37,274 bases of DNA from a virus: IMG/VR virus record IMGVR_UViG_3300045988_155223. One strand, 5' to 3'. Of the stretch, positions 9,155 through 17,277 are shown piece after piece. The position numbers were made by a program, and so were the translations under genes. The notes beneath the pieces are model-generated. The model did no database searches. It was not told the origin of the DNA and was given only the letters and a program-made list of their open reading frames with translations. Within the stretch, counting starts at the first letter, position 1, and every line of letters starts with the position of its first letter.

Positions 9155-10207
9155 ATGACCATTAATGATACATACGGCAAATATGAAATAGTTTTCAGCA
9201 GGAGTGCGTCGGATTTGCGGGTGAGCGATGCCGGCACTTCGGCTGTACCTGTTTCAGTTATGGTGGACACTGAGGAGGTGGCCGCGTTTTCAGTGATGCC
9301 TTATAATAAGGAAATTGTTCTGAATTTGTCCGGAATATTGGAGTCTTGTGCTGCAGGCAACCTGCCAGGTCTCTCATCGACATATATTGTAAGGAGCATA
9401 AAAATTACTGTGGGTGGCCAGAAATGGGAGCATCTTGTCCTGTTTGGGGTGAAGCCTGCCAAACTGAGTGTTGACAAGTATGATATCCTGACGCGTCGGC
9501 CTGCACGTGTGATGACATTCAGGGACAGTGTTGAATATGTGTCTTTAAAGTGGGAGTTCTACTCGGCTTCGGGCACTGGCTCGGAACTGCTGGCGGAAGT
9601 ATATTTTATGACACATCCTCCGGTGAAGGTTACGCTTCCGGGCCCGGTGTTGTTGACTTCACATACCGGTATGGCGCGGATTGACTGCTCTTTCGCTGTA
9701 GTCAGTGCTGCCGCAGCTTCTGCCGGATATGGGGATGAAGTTATACTCGGCTGGAAAGTATGGGCAAGGGATGTGAAACTTAGCACTTCCGGTCCGGCTG
9801 TTGAAACACTAGGGGCTCCGCAAGAATTCTACTTGCTGCCGTCCCGCAGGCATTGCTCATATCTGTTCCGGAACTGTTATGGCTTCTTTGATACTATCCA
9901 CGCTACCGGCCCGAAGTCTTTGACCTCTGATGGCGAAGTATCGACTTTCATCAATGGTGGGCTGGAAAGTGAGCTTGATAATTCGGCAAGGCTATACTTT
10001 GAGCAGGGCACCGGTTACATTGCGACTAAGGGCGAGGCTTCTTTTTGGATGGACTTTATGCGCAGCTCGGAACGATACGTCATTGAGAATGGCACCGCCA
10101 AGAAGATTATCATTGACGAAGGCGATGCGAAGACAACGATTGAGGAATTGTCTTCCTTTAAGTTCAAGTGGCATTACGCTGACAGAAACAACGATTACAA
10201 TATATGA
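9155..10207 (+). CDS. Hypothetical tail protein
   Basis: 350-aa ORF in the tail block with an ATGA overlap on the next gene. Confidence 0.65.
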   Translation: MTINDTYGKYEIVFSRSASDLRVSDAGTSAVPVSVMVDTEEVAAFSVMPYNKEIVLNLSGILESCAAGNLPGLSSTYIVRSIKITVGGQKWEHLVLFGVKPAKLSVDKYDILTRRPARVMTFRDSVEYVSLKWEFYSASGTGSELLAEVYFMTHPPVKVTLPGPVLLTSHTGMARIDCSFAVVSAAAASAGYGDEVILGWKVWARDVKLSTSGPAVETLGAPQEFYLLPSRRHCSYLFRNCYGFFDTIHATGPKSLTSDGEVSTFINGGLESELDNSARLYFEQGTGYIATKGEASFWMDFMRSSERYVIENGTAKKIIIDEGDAKTTIEELSSFKFKWHYADRNNDYNI

Positions 10208-11106
10208 AGAGACAACATTACAGAAGTGATCTTACATTGAATGTCAAGATCACGAGGCCTGCCAATTCCGACGGCGGTGGCGGGCAGGTGGCTATTCCGG
10301 AGCATGTCAGGCTGGAGTATTTTGTTCCTGACGGGCGCACGTCAATTGTCGCTGAGCGAAATGGAAAGGATACGACTTTATGCAAGCTTTCAGAAGACGG
10401 AATGTCTCTGGAGGTGTTCTTGCCGTTGTCAAGGAGGCAGCTTGGTGTCGGAAATCTTATAGTGGTAATCACTGAATACTCTCCGGCGGCTGGGTTCCCT
10501 GATGAGATCAAGGAAATACATAATCCGTCAGAAACGGGCATACAGCTTTGGAGGGGTGCGTCTGATGGCGATGGGTCAATTACAACTGAAGCGGAATTGG
10601 TGGCGTGGAGATATGGCTACAGCGCGTATGAATTGGCGAAAATACATGGCTTTGAGGGGACTGAGGAAGAGTTCATCACCTGGTTGCGTCAGCCGGCTGT
10701 GGATGCTTCAAGTAAAGCCGATAGTGCTGAATTGGAGAGAACTAAAGCGGAGACTGGGCGAGTATCTGCGGAACGCGGTAGGGTGTCTGCCGAGAAAGGT
10801 AGAAGCGAAGCGGAGAAGGAGCGTGCCAATGCCGAGAGTTCTCGCGCAACAGCGGAAAATTCTCGCGTTAAGGCCGAGCAAGAACGTGTTGACGAGTTCG
10901 GCCGGCTGAAAACTGAATCGCAGACTGCAACAAAGAATGCACAGGACGCGGCGAACATCGCAGCAGTGAACATTCTTGCGATCGACGTCAACGCAGAATC
11001 GGGTGTGATTACAGCCTACACCGGTGGTGACAGTTCAGCTTTTGCTTCTGGCGGAGTTAATCAAGAGACTGGGAATATCGAGTTAAACTTTAATTATAAT
11101 GGATAA
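10204..11106 (+). CDS. Tail fibre protein
   Basis: Contains the common phage tail-fibre motif SAYELAKIHGFEGTEEEFITWLRQP. This is followed by a degenerate SAE/AE-rich coiled-coil repeat (RVSAERGRVSAEKGRSEAEKERANAESSRATAENSRVKAEQER). Confidence 0.7.
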   Translation: MKRQHYRSDLTLNVKITRPANSDGGGGQVAIPEHVRLEYFVPDGRTSIVAERNGKDTTLCKLSEDGMSLEVFLPLSRRQLGVGNLIVVITEYSPAAGFPDEIKEIHNPSETGIQLWRGASDGDGSITTEAELVAWRYGYSAYELAKIHGFEGTEEEFITWLRQPAVDASSKADSAELERTKAETGRVSAERGRVSAEKGRSEAEKERANAESSRATAENSRVKAEQERVDEFGRLKTESQTATKNAQDAANIAAVNILAIDVNAESGVITAYTGGDSSAFASGGVNQETGNIELNFNYNG

Positions 11107-11111
11107 AAATT

Positions 11112-12251
11112 ATGGCAACGCAATCTAAGATTATAGGCCACGTACCTGTCTCAAGGCATGAGTATGTTCAGGGCGCGACCTACTACAAGGACAACATCGT
11201 GATGCGCTATGGTTCTGCATTTCAGTGTACCGTGGACAGCACGACGACTCCTCCGGCCACACTTGACGCTTCAGGCAGGGTGACGCTCGGTGAAGGGTGG
11301 ATTTTCTTCGCGGATGCGTCAGCAACGCACATGTTTAAAGGCTCGCTTGACAGGCTGACTACCCTACTCGGCTACTGCGAGAAGCGGACAGTCGTCAATC
11401 TCGAACAGGGAGTGAGCGGTAAATACGTGCAGTGTGAATCACGTTCAGCGGTGGCGAATGCGGCGTTTGCAATCAGCAAGCCGTTCGATGTGGATGCTTG
11501 CAGCGAGCTGCTCATCAAGACAGGCTTCAATCCTTCAGATGCGTCGCACAAGGGTCTCGACCTTTCCGTCATCGCCATCTACGAGCAGATTGAGAGGCAG
11601 CGCACGGTACAGAAGAAGAACCCTGACGGACAGCTGCTCTATTACGTGGTCACGACTGACGCGGAAACCGGCAACCAGACGGTAACACAGGATGAGACGA
11701 CGGAGGACACAGGCTATCCTGTCTATACGGTCGAGACATACACAGAGACAAGATACCTGCCGAACAACGAGGACAGGTTTGTGGCCATTCCGGACAGCGG
11801 ATATTACGTTGCGAACATTCCTCAGTCCTGCAAGGTGGTTATTTCGTACAAGCCTGGAATCAGTGACACGGCGGTGATTATCGAAAAGCACGGAGCGATT
11901 GCGAACCTCATCTCCCAGGTCTTCGGCATTTACGAGCACAGGACAATGGTCGAGTGTATGGTCAGCCTCGAAGAGAGAATCAAGGCTATCGAGCAGAGCC
12001 GCGGTCTCCTCGGCAATGCGACTGCCGGCACGCTCGACGTGAGTGAACTTACGAAGTGCAAGTATCCGATGACGCTATTCGGACACGGAGTTCCGGCGGA
12101 GGCTACCAAGCCTACGAATCTTCCGGAAGGCTTGCCGTGGGACGGCTGCCCGATGTTCAAGGGACAGATGTACATCAATCTCGATGCGGCGTCTGGAGGC
12201 TTGTACTATGCCGTCTCAGTGGATTCGGTAAATGGTTGGAGACAGGCTTAA
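11112..12251 (+). CDS. Hypothetical tail-fibre-module protein
   Basis: 379-aa ORF between the tail fibre gene and the DGR target gene. No motif recognised. Confidence 0.65.
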   Translation: MATQSKIIGHVPVSRHEYVQGATYYKDNIVMRYGSAFQCTVDSTTTPPATLDASGRVTLGEGWIFFADASATHMFKGSLDRLTTLLGYCEKRTVVNLEQGVSGKYVQCESRSAVANAAFAISKPFDVDACSELLIKTGFNPSDASHKGLDLSVIAIYEQIERQRTVQKKNPDGQLLYYVVTTDAETGNQTVTQDETTEDTGYPVYTVETYTETRYLPNNEDRFVAIPDSGYYVANIPQSCKVVISYKPGISDTAVIIEKHGAIANLISQVFGIYEHRTMVECMVSLEERIKAIEQSRGLLGNATAGTLDVSELTKCKYPMTLFGHGVPAEATKPTNLPEGLPWDGCPMFKGQMYINLDAASGGLYYAVSVDSVNGWRQA

Positions 12252-12257
12252 AAATGA

Positions 12258-13640
12258 TTGGATATGATAAAGTATTATGAGAATGAAGCGGCTTACGAGG
12301 CCGCAGTAAAGAGCGCATTTGAGAGCCAGGTTTCCCTCATCGGCGCGAGCAGCGAGTGTAAGTACGATGGCCGGAATGTGGTGGTAGGATTGAACTCAGC
12401 CACTACCGGAAGTATTGCTGTTCTCGATGGTCTGCACGCATTGAGGTTCATAGCGCCTCAGACGTTCAGCTCGAAGAGTTTTATGAGCAACTACGAAATC
12501 GTGGGTGTGGTGGCCATCGGTGTGGATCATCCGGACTTCAGAGGCGAAGTGGCCGTAATGAGCCACCAGTTCGCTGGTGCCGCATTGTCCACCAGATACT
12601 ACTTCAAGCTGTCAGGTTATACGCTTGACGGAGCAGAGCACACGGGAGTCTTGAGCATCAGAAGCGCTTCTGACAATTGGGCAGCCAATCAGGACTACAC
12701 GATTACGTACAAGGCGGACAATATCGTCGCCCTGGTATCTCAGCTCAATGCCTATTTCAAGGCAAACGAGCCATTCGTCGCACAAGACTGGGTAGCGATA
12801 GCAGACACCAATGGCGACGTCCTTCTGCATTTCAAGTACACGACCTGGCAACAGGCTGCGTATAACACGGCCAAGTCCGGTTTCTCTGTCGTATCAGCGA
12901 TTGCTCCACAGTGGGAGTCCACGTCAAGAATGCTCAGAATGAATGGACAAAGAAATGGCGAGGGAACCATCACGAATATGCAGCGAGCATTGGCATACTT
13001 CAGGGAGGATAATTCTAATACGGCTTATAACCCGGCCACAGACGTTGCTACGGCCAAGTTGTCATATCCGATATGCCTGCCTGGTTATCTCGGCAAGTCA
13101 AAATATCAAAGTGACCACTGCGCATACCTGAGAGGAATCTATGGTGAGGGCGAGGAAGGATGGCTCAAGTTTATGCAGAGTTTTCTTCCTGTGCTTCCGT
13201 CGGAGTATGGGATATTTGACGACAGCACATACGGCACGGAGAAGCAGAACACCTACTATCTGGCCAGTCTCAAGTATGTCGGACAAGACGGCGTAGAAAA
13301 GTATGTCAGCCCGGCTGCGAGGTTGGCGGCGGAGCGTGGTTTCGGCCACGAACTGCTCAAGCGCGGCGAATGGATAATCGGCAAGATGTCACGCATATTC
13401 AGCATCGTAGGCCAGTTGCGTTATCCGACGACACCGGACAAATTCGCGGACAAGGTGAATGCGGCTCTCGCTGCAATAGGCGCACCTGCTCTCGGTAATA
13501 ACACCTACGTTTGGTCTTGTTCCCGGTATGGCGAGAACAACGGTTGGGTTGCGTATGGCGGCAACGGTTTTGCCACCAGCAGCAACTTGTACGGCTCGGG
13601 CCTGGCTGTTCCCCTCGTGCTTTTGAAAGTTACCGCGTAA
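12258..13640 (+). CDS. DGR target (variable) protein, likely receptor-binding protein with a C-type-lectin-fold-like C-terminus
   Basis: 460 aa. The last ~45 codons contain the VR. The C-terminal pattern YVWSCSRYGENNGWVAYGGNGF...VPLV resembles DUF1566/CLec-type DGR variable regions (WS.....naW.v.f.nG). Confidence 0.85.
   Translation: MDMIKYYENEAAYEAAVKSAFESQVSLIGASSECKYDGRNVVVGLNSATTGSIAVLDGLHALRFIAPQTFSSKSFMSNYEIVGVVAIGVDHPDFRGEVAVMSHQFAGAALSTRYYFKLSGYTLDGAEHTGVLSIRSASDNWAANQDYTITYKADNIVALVSQLNAYFKANEPFVAQDWVAIADTNGDVLLHFKYTTWQQAAYNTAKSGFSVVSAIAPQWESTSRMLRMNGQRNGEGTITNMQRALAYFREDNSNTAYNPATDVATAKLSYPICLPGYLGKSKYQSDHCAYLRGIYGEGEEGWLKFMQSFLPVLPSEYGIFDDSTYGTEKQNTYYLASLKYVGQDGVEKYVSPAARLAAERGFGHELLKRGEWIIGKMSRIFSIVGQLRYPTTPDKFADKVNAALAAIGAPALGNNTYVWSCSRYGENNGWVAYGGNGFATSSNLYGSGLAVPLVLLKVTA
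13505..13619 (+). repeat. DGR variable repeat (VR)
   Basis: 115 nt aligning without gaps to 14242-14356. There are 10 mismatches and every one lies opposite an adenine in the TR copy. Confidence 0.9.
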
Positions 13641-13664
13641 AGCGTGGCTTAGTCTTAATCTTTC

Positions 13665-13691
13665 GGGCGAGGAGCGTCCCCGCTCCCGCCC
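13665..13691 (+). promoter_or_regulatory. GC-rich hairpin downstream of VR (DGR target-recognition hairpin and/or terminator)
   Basis: GGGCGAGGAGCG-TCCC-CGCTCCCGCCC gives 11 bp with one bulged A and a 4-nt loop, 45 nt after the VR end and 24 nt after the stop codon. Confidence 0.6.
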
Positions 13692-13711
13692 CTGCAAATT
13701 ACAAGTGAGTT

Positions 13712-14161
13712 ATGCCAAAGTCAGAATATTACGAACCGAAAAAGTTGCCCGGAGAGAGGCCTTATCCTCAGATTCTCAACGATGCGGAGGAATTGTACGG
13801 ACTTCTGCTCACAGCCGAGACTATGATGACAAAAGTTGACAAAATCAGGTACAACAATAGGGCTGTAGACCAGATTCTTGACGTAATCAAGGAGTTCGTT
13901 CTTGCTTATGACTTCGAGGACGACAGGGAGATTCATCTGAAGAGGATGTGCTCGAATGTGACAGTATTTATCAGGACAATGAGGCTCATCAATGACCGCA
14001 ATATCATCCACGTCTTCAATCCTCTCGAAACCGAGAAGCCGGACTCCGTCAAGATGAAGATAATGGAGCATCTCGGCAAGCTTGACGAAGGCGTAACTCG
14101 ATGGAAGAATTCAATTATTAAATCAAGGAACAAGGGCACGTCCGGCATTGCGAAGCAATGA
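13712..14161 (+). CDS. avd: Accessory variability determinant (Avd)-like protein
   Basis: 149-aa, predominantly helical-looking ORF in the canonical position between VR and TR. The assignment rests on synteny, not on a recognised motif. Confidence 0.6.
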   Translation: MPKSEYYEPKKLPGERPYPQILNDAEELYGLLLTAETMMTKVDKIRYNNRAVDQILDVIKEFVLAYDFEDDREIHLKRMCSNVTVFIRTMRLINDRNIIHVFNPLETEKPDSVKMKIMEHLGKLDEGVTRWKNSIIKSRNKGTSGIAKQ

Positions 14162-14241
14162 ACCGGCAGTCCCGAAAAATCATAAAGGAGGCCCTCCTTC
14201 CGCGTAGCGGCAGGTAAGAGTAAGGTATGGGCCTCGAACAG

Positions 14242-14356
14242 CAACGTTTGGTCTTGTTCCCGGTATGGCGAGAACAACGGTTGGGTTGCGAATGGCAACA
14301 ACGGTTTTGCCACCAACAACAACTTGTACAACTCGAACCTGGCTGTTCCCCTCGTG
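14242..14356 (+). repeat. DGR template repeat (TR)
   Basis: Invariant-donor copy of the VR. It contains 26 adenines by hand count, mostly in AAC codons in the VR reading frame. It ends 17 nt before the RT start codon. Confidence 0.9.
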
Positions 14357-14373
14357 AATTATGGTTGTACGAA

Positions 14374-15651
14374 ATGGAACTCGAGACTCTAAAAGATGAC
14401 TACTACGGCTGTCGCTCCAACAAGAGGCGAAGTCTGGACAGCATTCATTTTTCGCTGCATTGGGAGAGAGACCTGATGCGGCTGCTTAGGGATTTCGAGG
14501 ACCGCTCCCTTGTTCCTTTTTTATATGGATTCATCAATCCCAATCCAAGAGACAGAGAAGTCATAGCGTGCCTGATGGAGATGAAGACGCTCCAGTATCA
14601 CTTCGATTATCACGTGCGTCCGCTCGTCGAGGAAAGACTGACTGACAGCACGTTCAACAACCGCATAGGCTTCGGATGCGACAGGGCTATACTGAAGGTC
14701 CGTGACGACATCCGTAAAGTCTCGAAGAACTACACAAGGGATTGCTATATAATAAAGAGAGACATCAAGTCGTACTTTCCGTCAACGGATCTGGACCGCT
14801 CATACGAGAGCTATCGTGCCCTCATAGAAGAGTGTATCGAGGACAAGGACGAGAAGGACGACTTGTTGTATATTCTTCAAAGAGTCAATTATGCCTATCC
14901 TCAGGAACACGCACGTCTGAGGTCTCCGCGATTCAGATGGGATGACATCATAGCTGCCGGGAAAAGCGTTATCTTCAATAACGACCCGAAACACGGAGCC
15001 TGCCTCGGCAACCAGTTCTGGCAGGTGGAGAAGAACTTCGCGCTGGCTGAGTTTGACAGGTTTCAGGTGGACACCTGCGGACTTCATTACACAAGATTTG
15101 TGGATGATATGGTCTGGGTGGTGGAGAACCTGCAGGCCGGACTCGCCCACGTCGCCACCAGCGAAAAGATGCTGCTGGAGGAATACGGCTATCAGATGCA
15201 CCCACGCAAGAGGTATCAGCAGCACTACAGCAAGGGCGTCACTTTCCTGGGCGCGAAAATCAAGTTCAACAGGATCTATGCAAGCGACAGGGCCGTAAGG
15301 AACTGCAAGATGGCCATTCGGAAATGGAACAGGCTTGTGTATCCGTCAATGCTCGGCCACTTCCTGGACAGCATCAACAGCTACCTGGGGAACTTCAAGC
15401 ACAAGAACGCCTATGGCATCATCAGAGACCTTGTCGATGAGGTCAGTCCGAAATGGGAGAAATACTGCCATTATAACGATGACCGCAGATGTTTCGAAGC
15501 GAACGAGGGATATAAGCACAATGACATACTGAAGAGGAAATATCATTTCAAGTTCAATAAAGACAAAAGGAGTAAAAATGACAAGACAAGAAATCGAGGA
15601 CAGAAAGAACGTCCTGTTCTCCCTCATTTTGGACAGGGAGGCGAAGCTTAG
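14374..15651 (+). CDS. DGR reverse transcriptase
   Basis: RT motifs are present: DIKSYFPS (motif 1/2), CLGNQFWQ (variant of the DGR-type LGxxxSQ motif), RFVDDMVWV (YxDD-box variant) and VTFLGAKI. ATG 14374 is preferred, because the ORF-track start at 14227 would translate the TR itself. Confidence 0.9.
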   Translation: MELETLKDDYYGCRSNKRRSLDSIHFSLHWERDLMRLLRDFEDRSLVPFLYGFINPNPRDREVIACLMEMKTLQYHFDYHVRPLVEERLTDSTFNNRIGFGCDRAILKVRDDIRKVSKNYTRDCYIIKRDIKSYFPSTDLDRSYESYRALIEECIEDKDEKDDLLYILQRVNYAYPQEHARLRSPRFRWDDIIAAGKSVIFNNDPKHGACLGNQFWQVEKNFALAEFDRFQVDTCGLHYTRFVDDMVWVVENLQAGLAHVATSEKMLLEEYGYQMHPRKRYQQHYSKGVTFLGAKIKFNRIYASDRAVRNCKMAIRKWNRLVYPSMLGHFLDSINSYLGNFKHKNAYGIIRDLVDEVSPKWEKYCHYNDDRRCFEANEGYKHNDILKRKYHFKFNKDKRSKNDKTRNRGQKERPVLPHFGQGGEA

Positions 15652-15829
15652 GGAAACCGACTATGTTGCCGCCAAGATTGGAGAGGGCTCTGCTGCTCCG
15701 GAGGAGTACGGCGAGGCCCTCGTAAAGAGACAGCAGGCGCGGAACGACATCAATGCAGCACAGGCTGAGCTGGAGAAGCTTGACAAGGAGGAACCGGAAG
15801 ACAAGGAGGAGAGAGTATGGATGAGATAA
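15578..15829 (+). CDS. Hypothetical small protein preceding the lysis genes
   Basis: 83-aa charged, helical ORF preceded by AAAGGAG. It overlaps the RT 3' end by 74 nt and the holin start by 13 nt. There is a weak resemblance to small XkdX-like proteins found next to holins. Confidence 0.5.
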   Translation: MTRQEIEDRKNVLFSLILDREAKLRETDYVAAKIGEGSAAPEEYGEALVKRQQARNDINAAQAELEKLDKEEPEDKEERVWMR

Positions 15830-16281
15830 TCACAACATTCAATCTCCCTGACGGCCTGAGCCGAGGGATAATGATAGCGTTCCTGCTCTGCGTGCTCGTT
15901 TGCGCTGCTGCGCTGATTGATATGTGGACCGGAATAGACGCGGCAAAAACGAACAAGGAAAAGATTATGAGCCACGGGCTGCGGAAGACAATGAGGAAGA
16001 TTATAGACTATCTGAGGATAGTTTATTTCTTCCTGCTCATTGATATACTCGGAGCTGTGTTTACGTGGTATAGCCTGCCTTATTGTGCGATTCTTGCGAC
16101 GCTGGGCGTACTTCTCATTGAGGGGCGCTCCGTCATCGAGAACTCGAAGAAAAAGAAGAGCGCGGCAGGCAGGGTTGTTGACGTCGTTCAGGAGATTATC
16201 TCTTGCGTGGACAGCGAGAAAGCGCAGAAGGTCATCGAGATGATTAAGGAAGAGCCGAAGCACGGCATCAAAGGAGAATGA
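15817..16281 (+). CDS. Holin (Phage_holin_4-like, three TM segments)
   Basis: TM segments are IMIAFLLCVLVCAAALIDMW, IVYFFLLIDILGAVF and YCAILATLGVLLIEG, followed by a charged C-terminus (KKKKS...). It lies immediately upstream of the endolysin. Confidence 0.7.
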   Translation: MDEIITTFNLPDGLSRGIMIAFLLCVLVCAAALIDMWTGIDAAKTNKEKIMSHGLRKTMRKIIDYLRIVYFFLLIDILGAVFTWYSLPYCAILATLGVLLIEGRSVIENSKKKKSAAGRVVDVVQEIISCVDSEKAQKVIEMIKEEPKHGIKGE

Positions 16282-16282
16282 G

Positions 16283-16708
16283 ATGGGAACGATAAGCAAA
16301 GACTTCAGTTATCGGGAGTTCGAGAGAAGTGAAGTCGCGGACGCAAAGCACATCTGCAATGTCATCACTTCTTTCGGGGTTCGAGACAGCATCCTGGCAC
16401 TGACGGAGAATGTCCTGCAGCCGCTGCGCGATGCGTGGGGCAAGCCGTTGAAAGTCAACTCCGGATACAGGTGCAAGGCGCTCAATGCGGCCGTGGGCGG
16501 AGTGCCTACGAGCCAACACGTGAAAGGTGAAGCGGCAGACATAGCGGCAGGTGATCCGGTGAAGCTCGCAAGGCTTGCGGTGAAGTTGGGGCTGCCTTTC
16601 GACCAGATGATACTTTATCCCACGTTCGTTCATTTCAGTCACAAACCGAATGGCGAACAAAGAGGGCAGATTTGCTACAACTGGCGCTATAAAGGAGAAA
16701 AGGTATGA
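16283..16708 (+). CDS. Endolysin, peptidase M15 (zinc D-Ala-D-Ala carboxypeptidase / L-Ala-D-Glu peptidase family)
   Basis: SGYRCKALNAAVGGVPTSQHVKGEAADI ... FVHFSH matches the H-x6-D ... H metal-binding signature of Peptidase_M15_3/4 endolysins. Confidence 0.85.
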   Translation: MGTISKDFSYREFERSEVADAKHICNVITSFGVRDSILALTENVLQPLRDAWGKPLKVNSGYRCKALNAAVGGVPTSQHVKGEAADIAAGDPVKLARLAVKLGLPFDQMILYPTFVHFSHKPNGEQRGQICYNWRYKGEKV

Positions 16709-16778
16709 GAAGTGTGCTAATATGGGGCGGCTACGGGTGGAGGTATCGAGGCCGCGGACTGATTCAAATTAGAAGGCA

Positions 16779-17216
16779 ATGAAAATACAACTGGTGGCAT
16801 TTCTTTCCGAACTGGTGGCAATGTCACTACTTGCCGTGCTTGTGACATCGTGCGGGGCACTTCGAAAGCAAGTAGAGACCATCTATGTTCGAGACACCAC
16901 TTACATCAGTAAGGTGAAGGTGGATTCAGTATTCAAGCGGGATTCAATCTTCGTGAAGGAGAAGAATGATACCGTTTACGTGTATAAAGAGAAGGTGCGC
17001 GACAGATTCCGCATGCTTCGCGATACTGTTTATCGACATATAGTGGATTCTGTCTATGTGGATAGGGTGCGTGAGGTCCAGGTTGAAAAGCCGTTGACCG
17101 CTTGGCAGCGCTTCAGGCTCCGCGGTTTCTGGGTGATTACAGCTATGGCCGGAGGATATGTCGTTTGGCGAAATAGAAAGTGGCTATTACATTTGCTCGC
17201 GAAATTGATTTCGTGA
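16779..17216 (+). CDS. Unimolecular-spanin-like lipoprotein (N-terminal lipobox plus C-terminal TM)
   Basis: Signal peptide with lipobox LVTSC, and a C-terminal hydrophobic helix GFWVITAMAGGYVVW. It is the last gene of the lysis cassette. Confidence 0.5.
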   Translation: MKIQLVAFLSELVAMSLLAVLVTSCGALRKQVETIYVRDTTYISKVKVDSVFKRDSIFVKEKNDTVYVYKEKVRDRFRMLRDTVYRHIVDSVYVDRVREVQVEKPLTAWQRFRLRGFWVITAMAGGYVVWRNRKWLLHLLAKLIS

Positions 17217-17247
17217 GCAAAATGAACTTGTATCATATCACGTGTTC

Positions 17248-17277
17248 CGGCTACGCAGCGATGTGTGGCCGTTTTTT
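17248..17277 (+). terminator. Intrinsic terminator after the lysis cassette
   Basis: CGGCTAC-N10-GTGGCCG stem (7 bp, one G-U pair) followed by TTTTTT, in the convergent junction with the integrase gene. Confidence 0.6.

Noticed and set aside
13511-13708. 65-aa + strand ORF overlapping the end of the DGR target gene
   Set aside because: It is an alternative-frame translation of the VR and the downstream GC hairpin. It mirrors the TR-derived artefact at 14227 and is not an independent gene.
14185-14199. Small hairpin AAGGAG-GCC-CTCCTT between avd and TR as a DGR RNA element
   Set aside because: It is only 6 bp with a 3-nt loop and has no supporting conservation information. It may simply be an SD-like purine tract by chance.
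14227-14373. N-terminal 49 codons of the ORF-track reverse transcriptase model (start 14227)
   Set aside because: This stretch is the TR read in a non-VR frame, giving LFPVWREQRLGCEWQQRFCHQQQLV. The same peptide-like string appears in the spurious ORF 13511-13708 over the VR. ATG 14374, 17 nt after the TR, is the plausible RT start.
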